From assembly GCF_964204645.1 (NCBI RefSeq), contig NC_134029.1, positions 10,194,850 through 10,258,849 on the forward strand: a stretch of DNA of 64,000 nucleotides, read 5' to 3'. The notes beneath the pieces are model-generated. The model worked only from the letters and a program-made list of their open reading frames with translations. It was not told the origin of the DNA and did no database searches. Both the position numbers and the translations under genes were made by a program. Source of the DNA: Tubulanus polymorphus. Its lineage: Eukaryota; Animalia; Nemertea. This document shows, in pieces, positions 1 to 13,280 of this stretch (the stretch's first letter is position 1; the number at the start of each line of letters is the position of its first letter).

Positions 1-3000
1 CTTGCAGTACTATCCAGTTAATAATCTATTCCTTTCACTGTCTGCGTGGCGTTTCTTCAGTTCTTCAGTACCGGCACTATTTTCAAAAAAGGGATCGGTT
101 GGTTCTGTGTTAGAAAGGTTTTTAAAAATGAAAGGCCGCTCTAATCGTATTCGGGTCAAAAAGGTTTTATCCAATTATGATCATCGAAATTCATGAAACA
201 CGCTACGGCACAAGATTTAAACCATATTCAACTGAGTGGTATACTTTAATCATTTAATCCCTATGCATTTACGGTGCGGAAGTACAACACCTGTGTAGTA
301 TAGGTAAGAAAGTACCAACAGGTGATATGGGAAGATTATGTATAACGGGGGAAGAATTCACCCTGAACCATGAATACACTGAATAACACCACACTAACTA
401 TTCATAGAAGTAGCCTACGTGTGAGTGAGGAGCAGTTCCGATGCTCTCCTGCCTATCTTTCGTTCCATCTTTCGTTTGTGTGTTCCAGAAGATTATCACC
501 CCAACCACGATCAATCAATGGAGTCGGCCTATAACTACCAGCAAGAACTTTTATCAAATTAGGATCAGTTGGTCATTTATGATTGAAATCAGTTAAATTC
601 TTATGGCAATCTATGGCAATAAATTCAAATGTTAAATGGCGATAAATTCAAATTTACAACATTAAAACCAAGCAGCTTAAAGCTATATCCAGCTTGAATA
701 CTTTTAATTTGATCACTTAAAAGCACTTTCTTCAATTACACTTACATAGAAGGGAGAGAAAAAATAATGACAGCAAACTTAAATTCAAGGGATCAGAGAG
801 AAATGCCTAAAGTCCCAGTGGGCTAAAAATCTATCAAAAAATGAATTCTGAGGCATCTAACATAAAAATCTTTGGACAGTTACAAAGCCCTGATGTCATA
901 TCCCCAACAACCAATGGCTGTTCTAGGAAATTTGGAAGGCAGTGGGTCTTAAATATAAGGTATGCTTTATCAAGGAGCAGGAGTCCTTTGCTAGTTGCTG
1001 GAATCACTTGAATATGTGATGAACAGATTGGCGATGCCTGTGCGCGTGAATGGCAAATTTTCAATCAACATCTTGTCTTAGAATTTCAACTTGAAATAAA
1101 GAGGCCCATGGGCCTTGAAGCTTCGGTACTGATGTTATAAACCGAATAAGAGTGCTCTTTGGATTGGCTGATATTGAATAATATCTTCAAGAACCGATAA
1201 TTTTTTTCGCATTTTTCAACTAACATTGACAACTGATGCCGCAGGAACGAAAATTTCAGGTTGGTTTTTTTCCAACGATTCATGCTAAATAAAATTGATT
1301 TGAATTAGATTTGTTTGCTGAATAAAATCTAATTGAATCTTTGAGTTCAAATTGAATTGAATTTTCTCAATCGTTGCTTCATGATTTAATCTCATTTGTT
1401 TAAATATTAGTACTTCATAAAAGTTTGTGAAACTAAAGCCGTACCAACTAGAGCGTGTTACTCGACTAGGACTAAAATCTCTGTGAGATATGGCTTATCG
1501 AGTCAAAATGATGGCCTAGAAAGATCGACAGGTAGAACAATTACAAGGTGCCAATTCAAACCAATGTAGTCGTCCGCATATTGATGACTGGGACCAGAGA
1601 AGGCAAAAATAGGCCCATGACCACAAGGTTTTTTTTTCCTAAAATAATATTTATTGAAAATACGGAATGTCACCCTCTCGACAAAAATGAATCATGAAGA
1701 GGAAAAGACGTCATGAAATGATTTCCTGGCGCAAAGAATGCCAATAAGGGTAATCGATTTTAAGTACTAAGTATAGGAGCTCACTTCTTTTCAATTCCAG
1801 GGCGACACGATTTTCGAGTCATATTAGTAGCTCAGGTGACTACGTCTACCGAAGCTAAAAAGCCCGACTAGATTCATACATAATTGAACATAACTTGGTT
1901 ACATTCTGTGTTAGCCAGATACAGTGAAAATTTCAGTTACTCAGTTTCAGTTACAGGAAATCCATGGCTCAGAACAACCGTTCACATGGGTACCAAATGG
2001 GCCTGCACCTTGTTAGCCCTGGCCTGAATGAAAATGTTGGATCGGGTGAGTGGTTTGCGTGTGAATGCGCTCTCTAATTAGGTATAGGCCAAATTTTACT
2101 CGCGGATTGATCCAGGCCATTTGACCCATGTCAAATCGGCTCCGTGTGATCGCGGCTCTTACAATAGGAGTGCATGGGCAGATATTCTAAAATGGTCACA
2201 GCTGCATCACATCATTTGGGAATCGGTTGAAACTCCTTCAGATACATCTGTGACCGCATCCAGAATGAGCTAAATGCAGATTTATTTTTCTAATATTTCT
2301 AAAATATCTCGATACAATACAGTCGGTTGTACTTTTTTATCAAGATTCAATTATCTATCGAACCACTGTGCTGAAAAATGCATCCAGTGCGAAGAAACTA
2401 TGGCGGTCCCCCAGGAATTCAACCTTAAATACTTTCAGTCAACCAGCTGCCACTTAGTCACATATCGTAAATATTGTCACCAACTACCCAAAATGCATTA
2501 CATTTCAAAGACAAACTTATACCTTTTCAGTACATATATATATATATATATACTACTGCATTCTGACTTTAGGGTTAATGATACAAGGTTCACAGGTTCC
2601 AAAAATATTAATGGAATTATCCTACAACATTCAATCTAGCTTGTTGTGACATTCAATTAAATCATTTACTATCGAAATAGGGGCGTCTCCAGGGGGACTT
2701 GTGAGTGGTCACATACCACAAATATTGTGCAAGTCCATCAAATTTGCGTGCCATTTTTAATTTCATCAAATAAAGCAACTGAAATTACATTTCTTACATG
2801 ATTACATCAATATAAATAGGCCAATCGTGTCAAAACTAATCTTCATGAATAATGTAAGTAATCTTATGTTCTATAAGTTTTAACGACTATCTAGAAATTG
2901 ACAGGATGGAGACCAAGGTTTCCCCTGGCCAAGATGCCTGCTCGTACATTTCAATGTCGTCTTTCGAGATGACACGTTATTCAAAATTAGCCCAAGATCC

Positions 3001-3870
3001 GCCCCCGCAAAATAGACGATCGCCGAGCTCATACCTTTTGTGCAGATTATCGGAACATATTCGTCAGGATTTAACAACAGCGCGTGAAAATATTTCATCC
3101 AATGAAAATGCAGCTCCTCTATGAATAATAATAATAGGAAGTAACGGATCAATTCGTCGAGTAGCATCCTCACCACCATCATTTCTATCATCATCTATGT
3201 GACGAGGATTAACCGATACCGAACGATGACAATGACGGAGTGTGAATCCTGCACAATCCGCTTCCGCAGCACACATAATAACAATGATACAAGCACCATG
3301 AGAAATGACGATAGATATTCCTTGTGATCGACTGAATTAGTTACGCAATATTCATAATTCCTCATCGGTAACTGACTTTTCGGTTGTTTTCTTTTTTTTA
3401 CTTTAAATATTCCATTGTCGACGACGACGATTGTTGGGAAGCACGACCTCTACGATCAGGAGTCTTAGTGTCGCAATAGTTCATAACAAGTGCATTGTTG
3501 CCCTAGATGATAGAATTCTTTTAAAATCACTCTGGAACAAACTATAAAATCTTGGACTGTACATACAGATATAACAATGTTCATCATCAGACGCATTTTC
3601 TAATCACAGTTAATTTTTCAATAATTTCTTTTCATTTCTTGAAATAAAACTCAATGAGTTAAATGGTCAATGGTGCCTTAGAGGTATCAGCGTATACACG
3701 CTATGTATAAACCGCCGAGCCAACCACCAAAGGTTCATATCACAGTAAACCAGGAAAATGCAATAATTTGTACACAATCCTACAGGCTGAACAGCCTCAA
3801 TTCATATTCATATATATAATCCTGTTGGCATTGCACTGGCTAAAACAACAGAAAGAAATGTGTATCTAAT

Positions 3871-4623
3871 TTATGAACTGGAGCTCTCCGACTCGAGGAG
3901 CAGCCTTTTACTGCTCGTGCTGCGTTCGCGACGACAACGACAGCCCTGGCGGTTGCAGCAATTGTAACAGTCCGTGATCGTGTCGACGAGACACCGAGCC
4001 GGCATATAAAAACATAGACACGGTAAACACAACGACATTAATCCTAAAAACGCCCAACGCGCGCAACAGTGGGGCTTGTTGCAACAAGCGCACGGGTCGT
4101 CGGCACTCGACACGTCAATGTCCTTTTCGGCGTCTTTGAAACAATGATAGAATAAGCACCTGACACAGCACAAACACGTGCACGTGTTAATACATTCTTC
4201 GGCGCTGCAGTGCACTGTCTTATCACAAATCCACGAGTCCGGAAGTTCTTTCGGTTGCGTGCAGCTTTTACACTTGCACTTATGACATTTTTGACAGATG
4301 ATCGAGTCCGAGTGCGAGTCGGATGTCGGCTCCTGCGTTATCGGCGGCGCTTGTTCCTTGAAAACTTTGTCCAGAGATGGATTTTCGTGCTGTATACTAG
4401 TCGGCCGCCCGATCGACACAACCAAGTTATTGTTGCCACACTTTTGAAGATGAGGAGAGTCTACATATTCATTCGTGGCACGCACGGGACGCACTTGCTC
4501 CAAACTCCTCAGGACGGGCGCCTGAGGAGTTGGCCTCACTGAATGAATGGTTGGTCGTGCATACCGCGATGCTGCCGCGGCACTAATGCGCCTTATTTCT
4601 GAGTCCCCATTATCAGAATCCAT
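3871..4623 (-). CDS. spry: Sprouty homolog (RTK/MAPK feedback antagonist), single coding exon
   Basis: 250-aa ORF with the N-terminal NEY tyrosine motif (ATNEYVDSP) and a C-terminal Cys-rich SPR domain (CQKCHKCKCKSC...CTCLCCVRCLFYHC...ADDPCAC...LPCLCFY). A splice acceptor (tttgcag) lies at 4637-4643, just upstream of the ATG. Confidence 0.95.
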   Translation of the reverse strand: MDSDNGDSEIRRISAAAASRYARPTIHSVRPTPQAPVLRSLEQVRPVRATNEYVDSPHLQKCGNNNLVVSIGRPTSIQHENPSLDKVFKEQAPPITQEPTSDSHSDSIICQKCHKCKCKSCTQPKELPDSWICDKTVHCSAEECINTCTCLCCVRCLFYHCFKDAEKDIDVSSADDPCACCNKPHCCARWAFLGLMSLCLPCLCFYMPARCLVDTITDCYNCCNRQGCRCRRERSTSSKRLLLESESSSS

Positions 4624-5450
4624 GGATGTGACAATACTGCAAATAGAAGAAAATACATTCGTTAAAAATACAGCGTGTGATTGAGGTGAAAAAAAAAAGA
4701 TATGGATGGATATAAATCATTCCACTTGAGAGCGGAGATCATCAGTAATATCCTCGTGTTAGATTGTGCAGGAAACATCTCGCCTCATAGGACATCCAAC
4801 TAACTCGGACAAAAACAAAAATATTTTTCTGACTTCCTAACATATTTTCGGACTTCGCTCATTTTTTACCAATTCAGAGTTAGGCGAGGTTTACTACAGT
4901 ATTTGATCAGTAAGAAGCCCCTGTGTACCATACTTAATATTCGATATGACCATAGAATATATAGGACCTAATATAGTTTACTGAAAATCAAACTAATAAT
5001 CACATAATTTCACAAAGAAAAAAACCTAAAAATTAGTTCATGTTCAAAATGCAAGACTTTGAATTTGATTAGTTTACATTTGGTGTCAACTAAAACGGTT
5101 AATATTTGGCCAATAAATCACAGATTTTTTAATTTCTTCAGTCAGTAAAAATAAAATAAAGAACTATACAATGCAATTGCTTTAACCCGTTGCTATTTCC
5201 AGGCTAAATAAATTGTACCAAGTATACCTCACTATCACTGAAACAATTCTCAACTATGTAGTATGGTGAAGTTTTAATTCACAGTAAAGGCAATCCCACA
5301 TCTATGACAATATGACTACGTGAAATATGCAAATCTAGTCAAAATTTCAACTCTCCCACATGAGAACATGCATACATGTACGAAAACTGACAACATGGTA
5401 TGTTCGTTCATATTTCACTCATCAGACACCTGTAAGCTGGGATTGGTGCG

Positions 5451-5458
5451 CACACACA

Positions 5459-5495
<37 letters not shown>

Positions 5496-5503
5496 ACACA
5501 CAC
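5451..5503. repeat. (CA)n microsatellite in the Sprouty intron
   Basis: Directly visible. Confidence 0.95.
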
Positions 5504-6205
5504 AGTATTATACATAACAAGCTGGTGCTCGGTAAATATACATCATCGCCATCATCACCATTTACAAACAAAAAGGCTCATTGTACATGATTCGATGTGA
5601 CAAATAATTACGAATCAGAAACAGAGCCGAACTTAATCTGCATGGGTTAGTCCGGACACAACATTTTCTATCCATTAGCTCGTTTCAAAATAGCGAAATC
5701 AAAATCTAAGTCGGACACCAAAATTGAAAATCCACACTGAGCTTTTGTTTTCCCGGATCATGAATTTGAATATATAACCCATAGATTTTCGATAATATCC
5801 ACTAACGATTTCCATACATATCATAAATTATGGTTTTCCGAAAAAATTAACATTTCATAAGCCGGGTTTGATTATTATCATCACTTTTAAGTGAACTGCC
5901 CCTTAAAAACAAAGTCAAGGCTAATCAAAGTAAAAACTACACACATCGAATGCGAAATTTATAGCTTCACCGTGTATTCAGTAGACTCCAGCATCCATCC
6001 AGCTATGCACAGCGTCAGGCTATTTACCTGTAATGCCATTGTATGTGGTCTAGAAGAATATTTCTTCGCTCCCTTTCTCTGAATTAAATGCGCTGTTTAC
6101 CGATCGCGAAATCCCAGATATTCACTCCTTTGGATTCATGGTAATTTAGTAGTATAAGTAATCACAAAAACAGTGAACCACGGATCTATTTGGTTGTGAA
6201 GACTC

Positions 6206-6213
6206 TGACGTCA
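6206..6213. promoter_or_regulatory. Palindromic CRE (TGACGTCA) near the putative Sprouty first exon or promoter
   Basis: Perfect CRE consensus, 180 bp from a candidate splice donor at 6027 on the minus strand. Function is inferred only. Confidence 0.3.
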
Positions 6214-9200
6214 GCCCCAGTCTTGTAGTGAGGGGAAGAGCTCTCCTATCCGCTGTGTAATGTATAAAGCTATACAACCACCACCAGCACACACCACCAC
6301 CGCAGTTCAGTACAGGCAGCCATATTGTGCTCTCTCACACAAGCCCTGCTGCTTGCTTGCTTGCTTGTAACAACTACTCAACGCAATGCAAGGCAATTCA
6401 TTGATTGAAAAAACAGCATCTCGCATTTTATGGTTTAAAACATCGCCGGTCCATTGAGAGGACTTTTCAGCTACTACTGTCGCTGCTGTCAGCTATCTCT
6501 ATCATATCATTATCGTCATATCTGTATCCACAAAAATGTAGACAATATAATCAAAAATATCCTCCTGGATTGTCAAAGTAAAAATTCGTGCAATTCACAA
6601 GGCTAGCTTTTAATGCTATGGACTATACAAGGCCCCTTATTCACAACTGGCAGCAGTTGCCTTCACAATATCCAGCTGACTGGAATTATGCAGTGATAAT
6701 GTCCACACTTGACATGAGCTCATTCCCAGCTGGCACACCCTAACCTGACACTGTCCTGTTTCTTTTTTTTCTATCACACCTGACCTGAGCTGGCTATGAC
6801 ACTAAATCAATCTAAACCGAAAGATTCTATTCACCGATAGCCACTTATAATGCTAGAATCTAGAAACAATCACTTTCTTCACATAAATATAGTTCTCATG
6901 CAATAAATGATAAACCCTCCCTTTACCGGAGCCATAGCTAGGCATTTAATTATCAATTTTTCATGTTGATGAATTCACCATCTTCGACTGAAATAAATTT
7001 TAATAAATCTTTAATAGATAAATTACAATTAGTATTCAGAGGGCAGTACTCAATGACTGTGATGAAGATCCAGTGAGTTAAATAGAAAATGCAATACGGT
7101 CGACGGGAAAGGTCAAGTTTCAATGAGTATAGAAGGAGCATGAGGAGCACCATACCCATTAACCCATTAGCACTGGGAATTTCACTATGTAGTGTCTATA
7201 ACTCCTCTGAAAATTCAAGGGAAATTCCAAATCTATTAAGATACTGAATCAGCTCATTGCCGTTTATTTTCATGCATTACAAGATCTGATCAGTCATGTT
7301 CATACTCCAAATACTCGAGAATATACAATAGAAGATGTTGTTTTCTGTACGGTATATCGAGGACTTTGATGTGTAGTGTAAGTATCACAAGCTATTGGGT
7401 TCGAATCCCACTATAACCGTTTTTGTGCAGGGTACGAAAAAATTGTCAGGGTGGCTTCGGGCAACTTGAGGAATTATGGCGCGGGCGGATACGAGTGCTA
7501 ATGCCGGGTTAAAATACTTGTCATTCCAAAATTCTTAACATTCAGGTCTCCTTTCCCCAACGAACATCAGGACCCAGCATCGCATATCATATAGGTCTAG
7601 CATGGGCTATAAATCGGTAGTTGTGGTTATCAGATGCTAAATCAGGCCACACCAATGGTTTGAAAAGATCAAAAAGTACAGCCTTTACGCAAGGTGCCCG
7701 GTCACACTAAGTGAAGTGGTCATCCACATATCAATAAACTTAGTAAATAAATTAATTCCAGAAACTTGCTGTTAAACTCTCAAAATATTTTCAAGATGAT
7801 TGTGATCAACTATCACCACCATTCAGTGTTACACGATAAAATTTTTAGCCAAAATCCAATCACTATTTCTCTTCTGCAAACGCATTCATCGAGACAAGTG
7901 CGTGCTTATTTGTGACCAGTTTTGTATCGGTCATGCATCAGTGATTTTTCAGTAAAGGAAAAAGGAGACTAGTTGTTTATTGCCGAATTTCAAAATGATC
8001 AAAGGTCATAACATATATAATTGACTCAACTAACAATCAAGGTCATCCTCAACAATTCAATACGCAAAGTCCAAATACAAATCCAAACTAAATACAGGAC
8101 AGTACCTACAGCTTATCAGTATTAGTTAGTAACAAAATTTCCTGAAGACTAGTCTTTTTGTTAGTACACACCAGCATATCATTGCACTTCTCTTAATAGG
8201 CTCCTATCAAAATCAGGCATATGACCCAATTATTTGTGATGGGACAATTCACGTCAGATGCTGAGTTTCTGTATTCACAGAAAATATCCAGGTCAACGGT
8301 GGTCCCTATTCTAGCCGGTGTAGTCACTATCACTGATATAATGATGTGCCTTAAGCCCACCACAAATTAAACGATCCCCTTAACGATATGTGGCTGATTT
8401 TTGTCGTAAGCCATAAATGCGCTACGATATCGCGAATGTGTGAATAATGATCCATCAGGGATCTGCATACAGCAGCATCCCGACAACAAATGCGTATACA
8501 TATTTTCTTAGCTCCCACAAACGCAACACATTTAATAGTGATTCATTTTCGGCGTAAATTAATCACCCTGAAAAACAATTCCCATAAATGTGATCTGTGA
8601 ATTTGATTTTTTTTCAGTAGAATGATGAAATTTGATTTGATTAAAATTATTTTTTTGTCAACACGTTCTCTATTTAGGCACTAGCCAAATTCGACTCCGG
8701 CCCGGCCAGCGCCCGTTTGACCCGGGCTTAATTGTCTAGGCGTGATCGCGACTATAAAGGCATTCCATTTCGTGAGAAAACGGTCAGTGGTCAAAATTTC
8801 GATCAAGTAGAAAATTACGAATTCCGCCAAGCAAGATCAGTAAAGCGAAGAGAGTCTTGAAGTCACAAGTATATCGAGGCATAATACACAGACGTTAGAG
8901 GTCTTAATTGAAACAGAGAATCGAAAAGTTTTATTCTATGAAGGGCCTTAACATTGGTTCGCCGCAATTTTTCAGGGAAAAAATTGAGCGCGTGCACGAA
9001 GCACTGCTCAATTTCAATCTACCCGAGAGTCGAGAGGAGTGGATCGCATTCACTTTCTCTCAACTCAATCGAGCAATATCTAGCCAATCAACATGCGGTA
9101 TATCGCGTTTGGGTGAAATATAGGGTGATGTACGCATTTCAACAATGAAATTTAATCAAATTAAATCTTACGCCGAGATAGTTTTCATATCAAAAGCAGA

Positions 9201-9850
9201 TCCTTTTCCGAAATTTCTGGTATCAGGCGGGTACGTATCCCATCTGACACCAGGCCCGTTTCGAGGGGGGTTCGGGGTAGCGAATGAAGCCCCTTAAAAT
9301 TTTCATCTAAGTTTCATCTAATTTTTTTGGGAAATTGAAAAGTAATCCTTTGTCCATTCATTTACTCGGGTACCCAGGCATTTTGTATTTACGATCTGTC
9401 CTTTTTCAATAGGAAAGTGCTCCTTTTCATGGTAAAAAGTGCCAATTTTCTTGAAATAGAACTGCCCCTCGGGCCTGGACACCCGGTATGATCAATGGTC
9501 CAGATCACACTGACATCTTTTTTCTAATTGACAATTTTTTTTTCTATTGCAGCCACAGTTATGATTTCGTGTTAAGTTACCACTAGCAGCGATTAGAAAC
9601 TGCGGCAACTCTTGAGCAATCAGTCGCTCGTAGTATCCTGTATGTCCTATCACACATTGAGACGAGTAGCGACTATTTTTTCCCAAACATCGGTATCATA
9701 TATGAATTATCAAAATGGCGATCTTCGAACAGAAGAAACAGGCTGCAACAATCCGTACTCCTATGAATCCAGATACACAGGCAGTCTTGGACTAGGCTGA
9801 TAGATGATCCGAGGTCAACACAACTAAAGTGACTAACTGGTCACTGGCGA

Positions 9851-10045
9851 CCGGGGGCGGGCGCAGGAAAACCCTGTTAGCCTAACTGTGGTTAGTGGCC
9901 TATCCGTGGTAAGGCTAACCAGCTTGAAATAAGAGGCCACACGAAGACATTGGTTAGCTAACAACATTTTCCTGCGCCCATCTATGCCTAACCACAGTGT
10001 ACTAACCACGGTTAGCACTAACAGGGTTTTCCTGCACTCGCCCCA
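9851..10045. mobile_element. MITE with TIRs ggggcgggcgcaggaaaaccc
   Basis: Inverted termini; a shorter copy of the same family lies at 41336-41428. Confidence 0.75.
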
Positions 10046-12368
10046 GTCACTCGTGATTATGGTTTCGCAGACCATGAGCCCAAGGAAAGTGACGATATGG
10101 AGATAAATGAAACTGATTTGGTCACTGACTTATAAAATTCATTTCGAAACCAAGAAAATAAGTTTTTCGTAACTTCCTCGAATTTGGTCCAATTTTCTTT
10201 AGAAAATGAATAGCTCCGTCCATACATCAAATCTTTCGAAGGTCATTAGATCACTTTTTCCCTTCAATACAGCAAATGGCGATTACTGATCTTAAGTGAG
10301 ATCAAAAATCTCTTTAAACATATTTTTGGTGTGGTCTGAAGTTTAACTACACAACCATTATATGCTGGTTTTGTTTATTTGTACGATTTTTATGATGGGA
10401 GAGCAGCCCAGCTTGAAGTTTTATTAACACATTATCAGTGGCCTTTTATCATCTGACAATATGTGAATATCCAGTCTAAATGTTCAATGAATCAATAGTA
10501 TCAATTTCAATTGAATGTCTATAGTCTCAGTATCCATCAAAAAGGTCACAACGTAAAAATATCCCTTAATTTAAAGCTTCTAACAGGTGTCTTTCGATAT
10601 ACTTATTAATTCAGCCTAACAGCATAGGCTATAGGCCTAGGTCTATTGAAAATACAACATTTAGCCTGGGCACACACTGGCGAAAGCTTTCCCTAATACA
10701 GCTCACAGAGGTTCAGAAGAGAAAATAGGCTGATTATCTAACAAATTTTACAAGGGGAACCTGGGCAATTGTCTAAAGAGTCTTAGGCTGACCCAACTAA
10801 TGTGAGCGATGTTGCGCTGACCACAAGTGTGACGACAGTACATGTCACCTGACAAAAACCGCTCAATGAAAGAAGACTGTTAATTGTCAATTGCGTAATT
10901 CAGGTCATTGCTTTGGGCAAACATTTTTTGTCAAAAGATGCGGAGGAAACGTTAGGCGATAATGCATATTAAGGGTTTTCTGTTACATCACAGAAAACCC
11001 TATTGAGATTCGCGTGATTATTATCATTTTATGTCACACTATTTTCACTAAAAGAACAAAGGCTTTGTTACCTTGCCGCTGTTGGCGATACAATCCGTAT
11101 GATATTGTTCAGCTCACTGAGATCTACAAATACTCGGCGTGTTTTTTCACGAATCATCGTTACAAAAGCCCCATTCAAAGAGCCGACATGTTTTTCTAAG
11201 TCGTCTTTCCGAAATCTACCGCACATTTCTCGTCACGTCGATTATCAATTCAAGCATAAATTAACAAATTTATTACCCAAAGATTGCACATCCAGTCGCG
11301 GTTTTTAAAAACTAATTTTAACAATAGCCCATTTTCCTCATGAAATCATATTACCGATACACAGGAAATTTACTACTTTAGATTTTAAAAGCACTGTCGA
11401 GCCGTAAACATCGACGAATCGACGTGTGTCACTACATCGTCGTTCCGGGGATCAGCTGCGAGTTTCTCCTCATCATGAGAATCAAATCGAGTACAAATTA
11501 ATTTATTACTACCAGTGATTTGGCCGCGGGCTTCAAGCAGTTAGTTTAACAATCCCTATTTTTCTTTACCACATTAACCGTGTATTTATTTGCTAAGATA
11601 AATCATTAGTGTACCGGGGAGTCGTAGGCCTACACGCCGAAGAGATATAGCGGAGAAAAGCTGTTGTGTCGACGAGATATCAAAATAAAAGAATATATTA
11701 CTTTATTTGGCCGCGGGCCTCAACCTCTATATCAATACCATCAATACTCTATATTTCCTACAGTACATACCGATCATTGTCAAATGCACAAGGTATTTAC
11801 TAAATACAAGTATATAACACACTCCTATCCGTATGATGGACTCACACTTGACATTCGGAAAAAGGCTTAAGCATTCGCTGTGGGGGAAAGGAGATCATTC
11901 GCTGTGTTGCTTGAAGTGTTTATCGAGTTTACGCGACCTTAAGGCTTTAGGCCTACCGGGAGCCTTACTGTCACAAACAAACACAGTATAATTGTTGCGT
12001 TTATTAACAGACTCATTGGATTGAACTTCAAAACAAAATTTACGATATTTAGGAGGGTTGTTATTCCATAGGCCTACGACCAATCTGTCCGGATGTTAGG
12101 CCTACACATATACATAGGCCTACATAGGCTAGTAGCCTCTACAAGTAAAAGCTAAGTTCACTGAGGAATCAGAATTATTAAAATGCATGTTAATTATTGA
12201 TTAACTGGTTCTGACTTGCAACGATCAATCACAATTATCAATTTTATTGGCAAAAATGAAAATTTTTTTGAAAATATCGTCTGAGCAGACAGCTTTATAA
12301 GCCAGACTTTTCATTTGAGTTTTTTCATCATAAATGAAACTGGTTTTTCATTAATTCCTAATGACTTA

Positions 12369-12695
12369 AGCCGGGCGTAGGTCGGCCTTGCAACGGCTTG
12401 TGACTCACTGCAATGCCATTCACTGCGACCGCCAGCGACGATTGTGTCGCAACGACTCATCGACCTCACTCCCTTGCGACGGGTTGCGACTGTCAGCAAC
12501 GCCAGTAACAAGGAGTCGCACGTGTTCCACTTTCTGCGACGCCACATGATTGTCACAACCGACCCACGCGCTCTTGCGACTGGCAGAAACTAGTCGCACA
12601 GAGTCGCTGACAATCGTATCACAACCGACTTACACCGAAACTTGCGATGCAACGCGAGGATCACATCTCGTCGCAAGGCCGACCTACGTCCGGCT
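12369..12695. mobile_element. PIF/Harbinger-like MITE
   Basis: TIRs agccgggcgtaggtcggccttgc / gcaaggccgacctacgtccggct, flanked by tta/ttg, with internal tgcgac repeats. Confidence 0.75.
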
Positions 12696-12724
12696 TTGAG
12701 TTACTGCGGAGCCCCAGAAATATC

Positions 12725-13280
12725 TTTTTTTTCGTTCATAAGACCTTTCGCTTGAAAATTCTTTCGTCGGAACAAAATTTATTTCATTCGAACCAGTAAT
12801 ATTCTTTTCGATTGAACCAATTTGAAAAAATCGTTAGAACAAAGTTGAAGAAATTTTTTTTGTCCAAACGAAAGGTTTTTCGTTCGAACAATCGTTCGAT
12901 CGAACAGAATCATTTTAATTTGAACAGAATTTTCTTGACTGAATTTTCTTGTCAGAACATTAAGTTTTTCGTTCGAACAAGTATATTGTAAAAAGTTTTT
13001 TCTCCGAACCAAAAGTATTAAGTATTTCGTTCAATCGAACAGAATTGTTTTCATTCAAACATTCGTTCGAAAAATTGTTTTCGCTCAACAAAATTTTTTT
13101 GCCGAAACAAAAAGTTTTTCATTTCAACAATAACAAAGCTTTTTATTCGAACACATTTTTTTTGTCAGAATGAAGAAAAATTTAGGTGGTTCAAACAAAA
13201 AGCGTATTGTTCGATCAAACAGAATTGTTTTCATTCGAACAAGATTTTTTTGTCGGAACATTAAGTTTTTTGGTCAAACA
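12725..13280. repeat. Degenerate AT-rich array built on ttcgaac/gttcga motifs
   Basis: The motif recurs about every 20-40 bp. Confidence 0.6.

Noticed and set aside
2274-3276. Several 70-120 aa ORFs downstream of Sprouty
   Set aside because: They have no recognisable domains and probably lie in 3' UTR or intergenic sequence.
7370-7420. tRNA gene (gggttcgaatccc); similar B-boxes at about 38340 and 40720
   Set aside because: Only the B-box/T-arm is present and no cloverleaf can be formed. These are probably SINE relics.
12725-13280. CRISPR-like array
   Set aside because: The context is eukaryotic, there is no constant repeat with unique spacers, and no cas genes are present.
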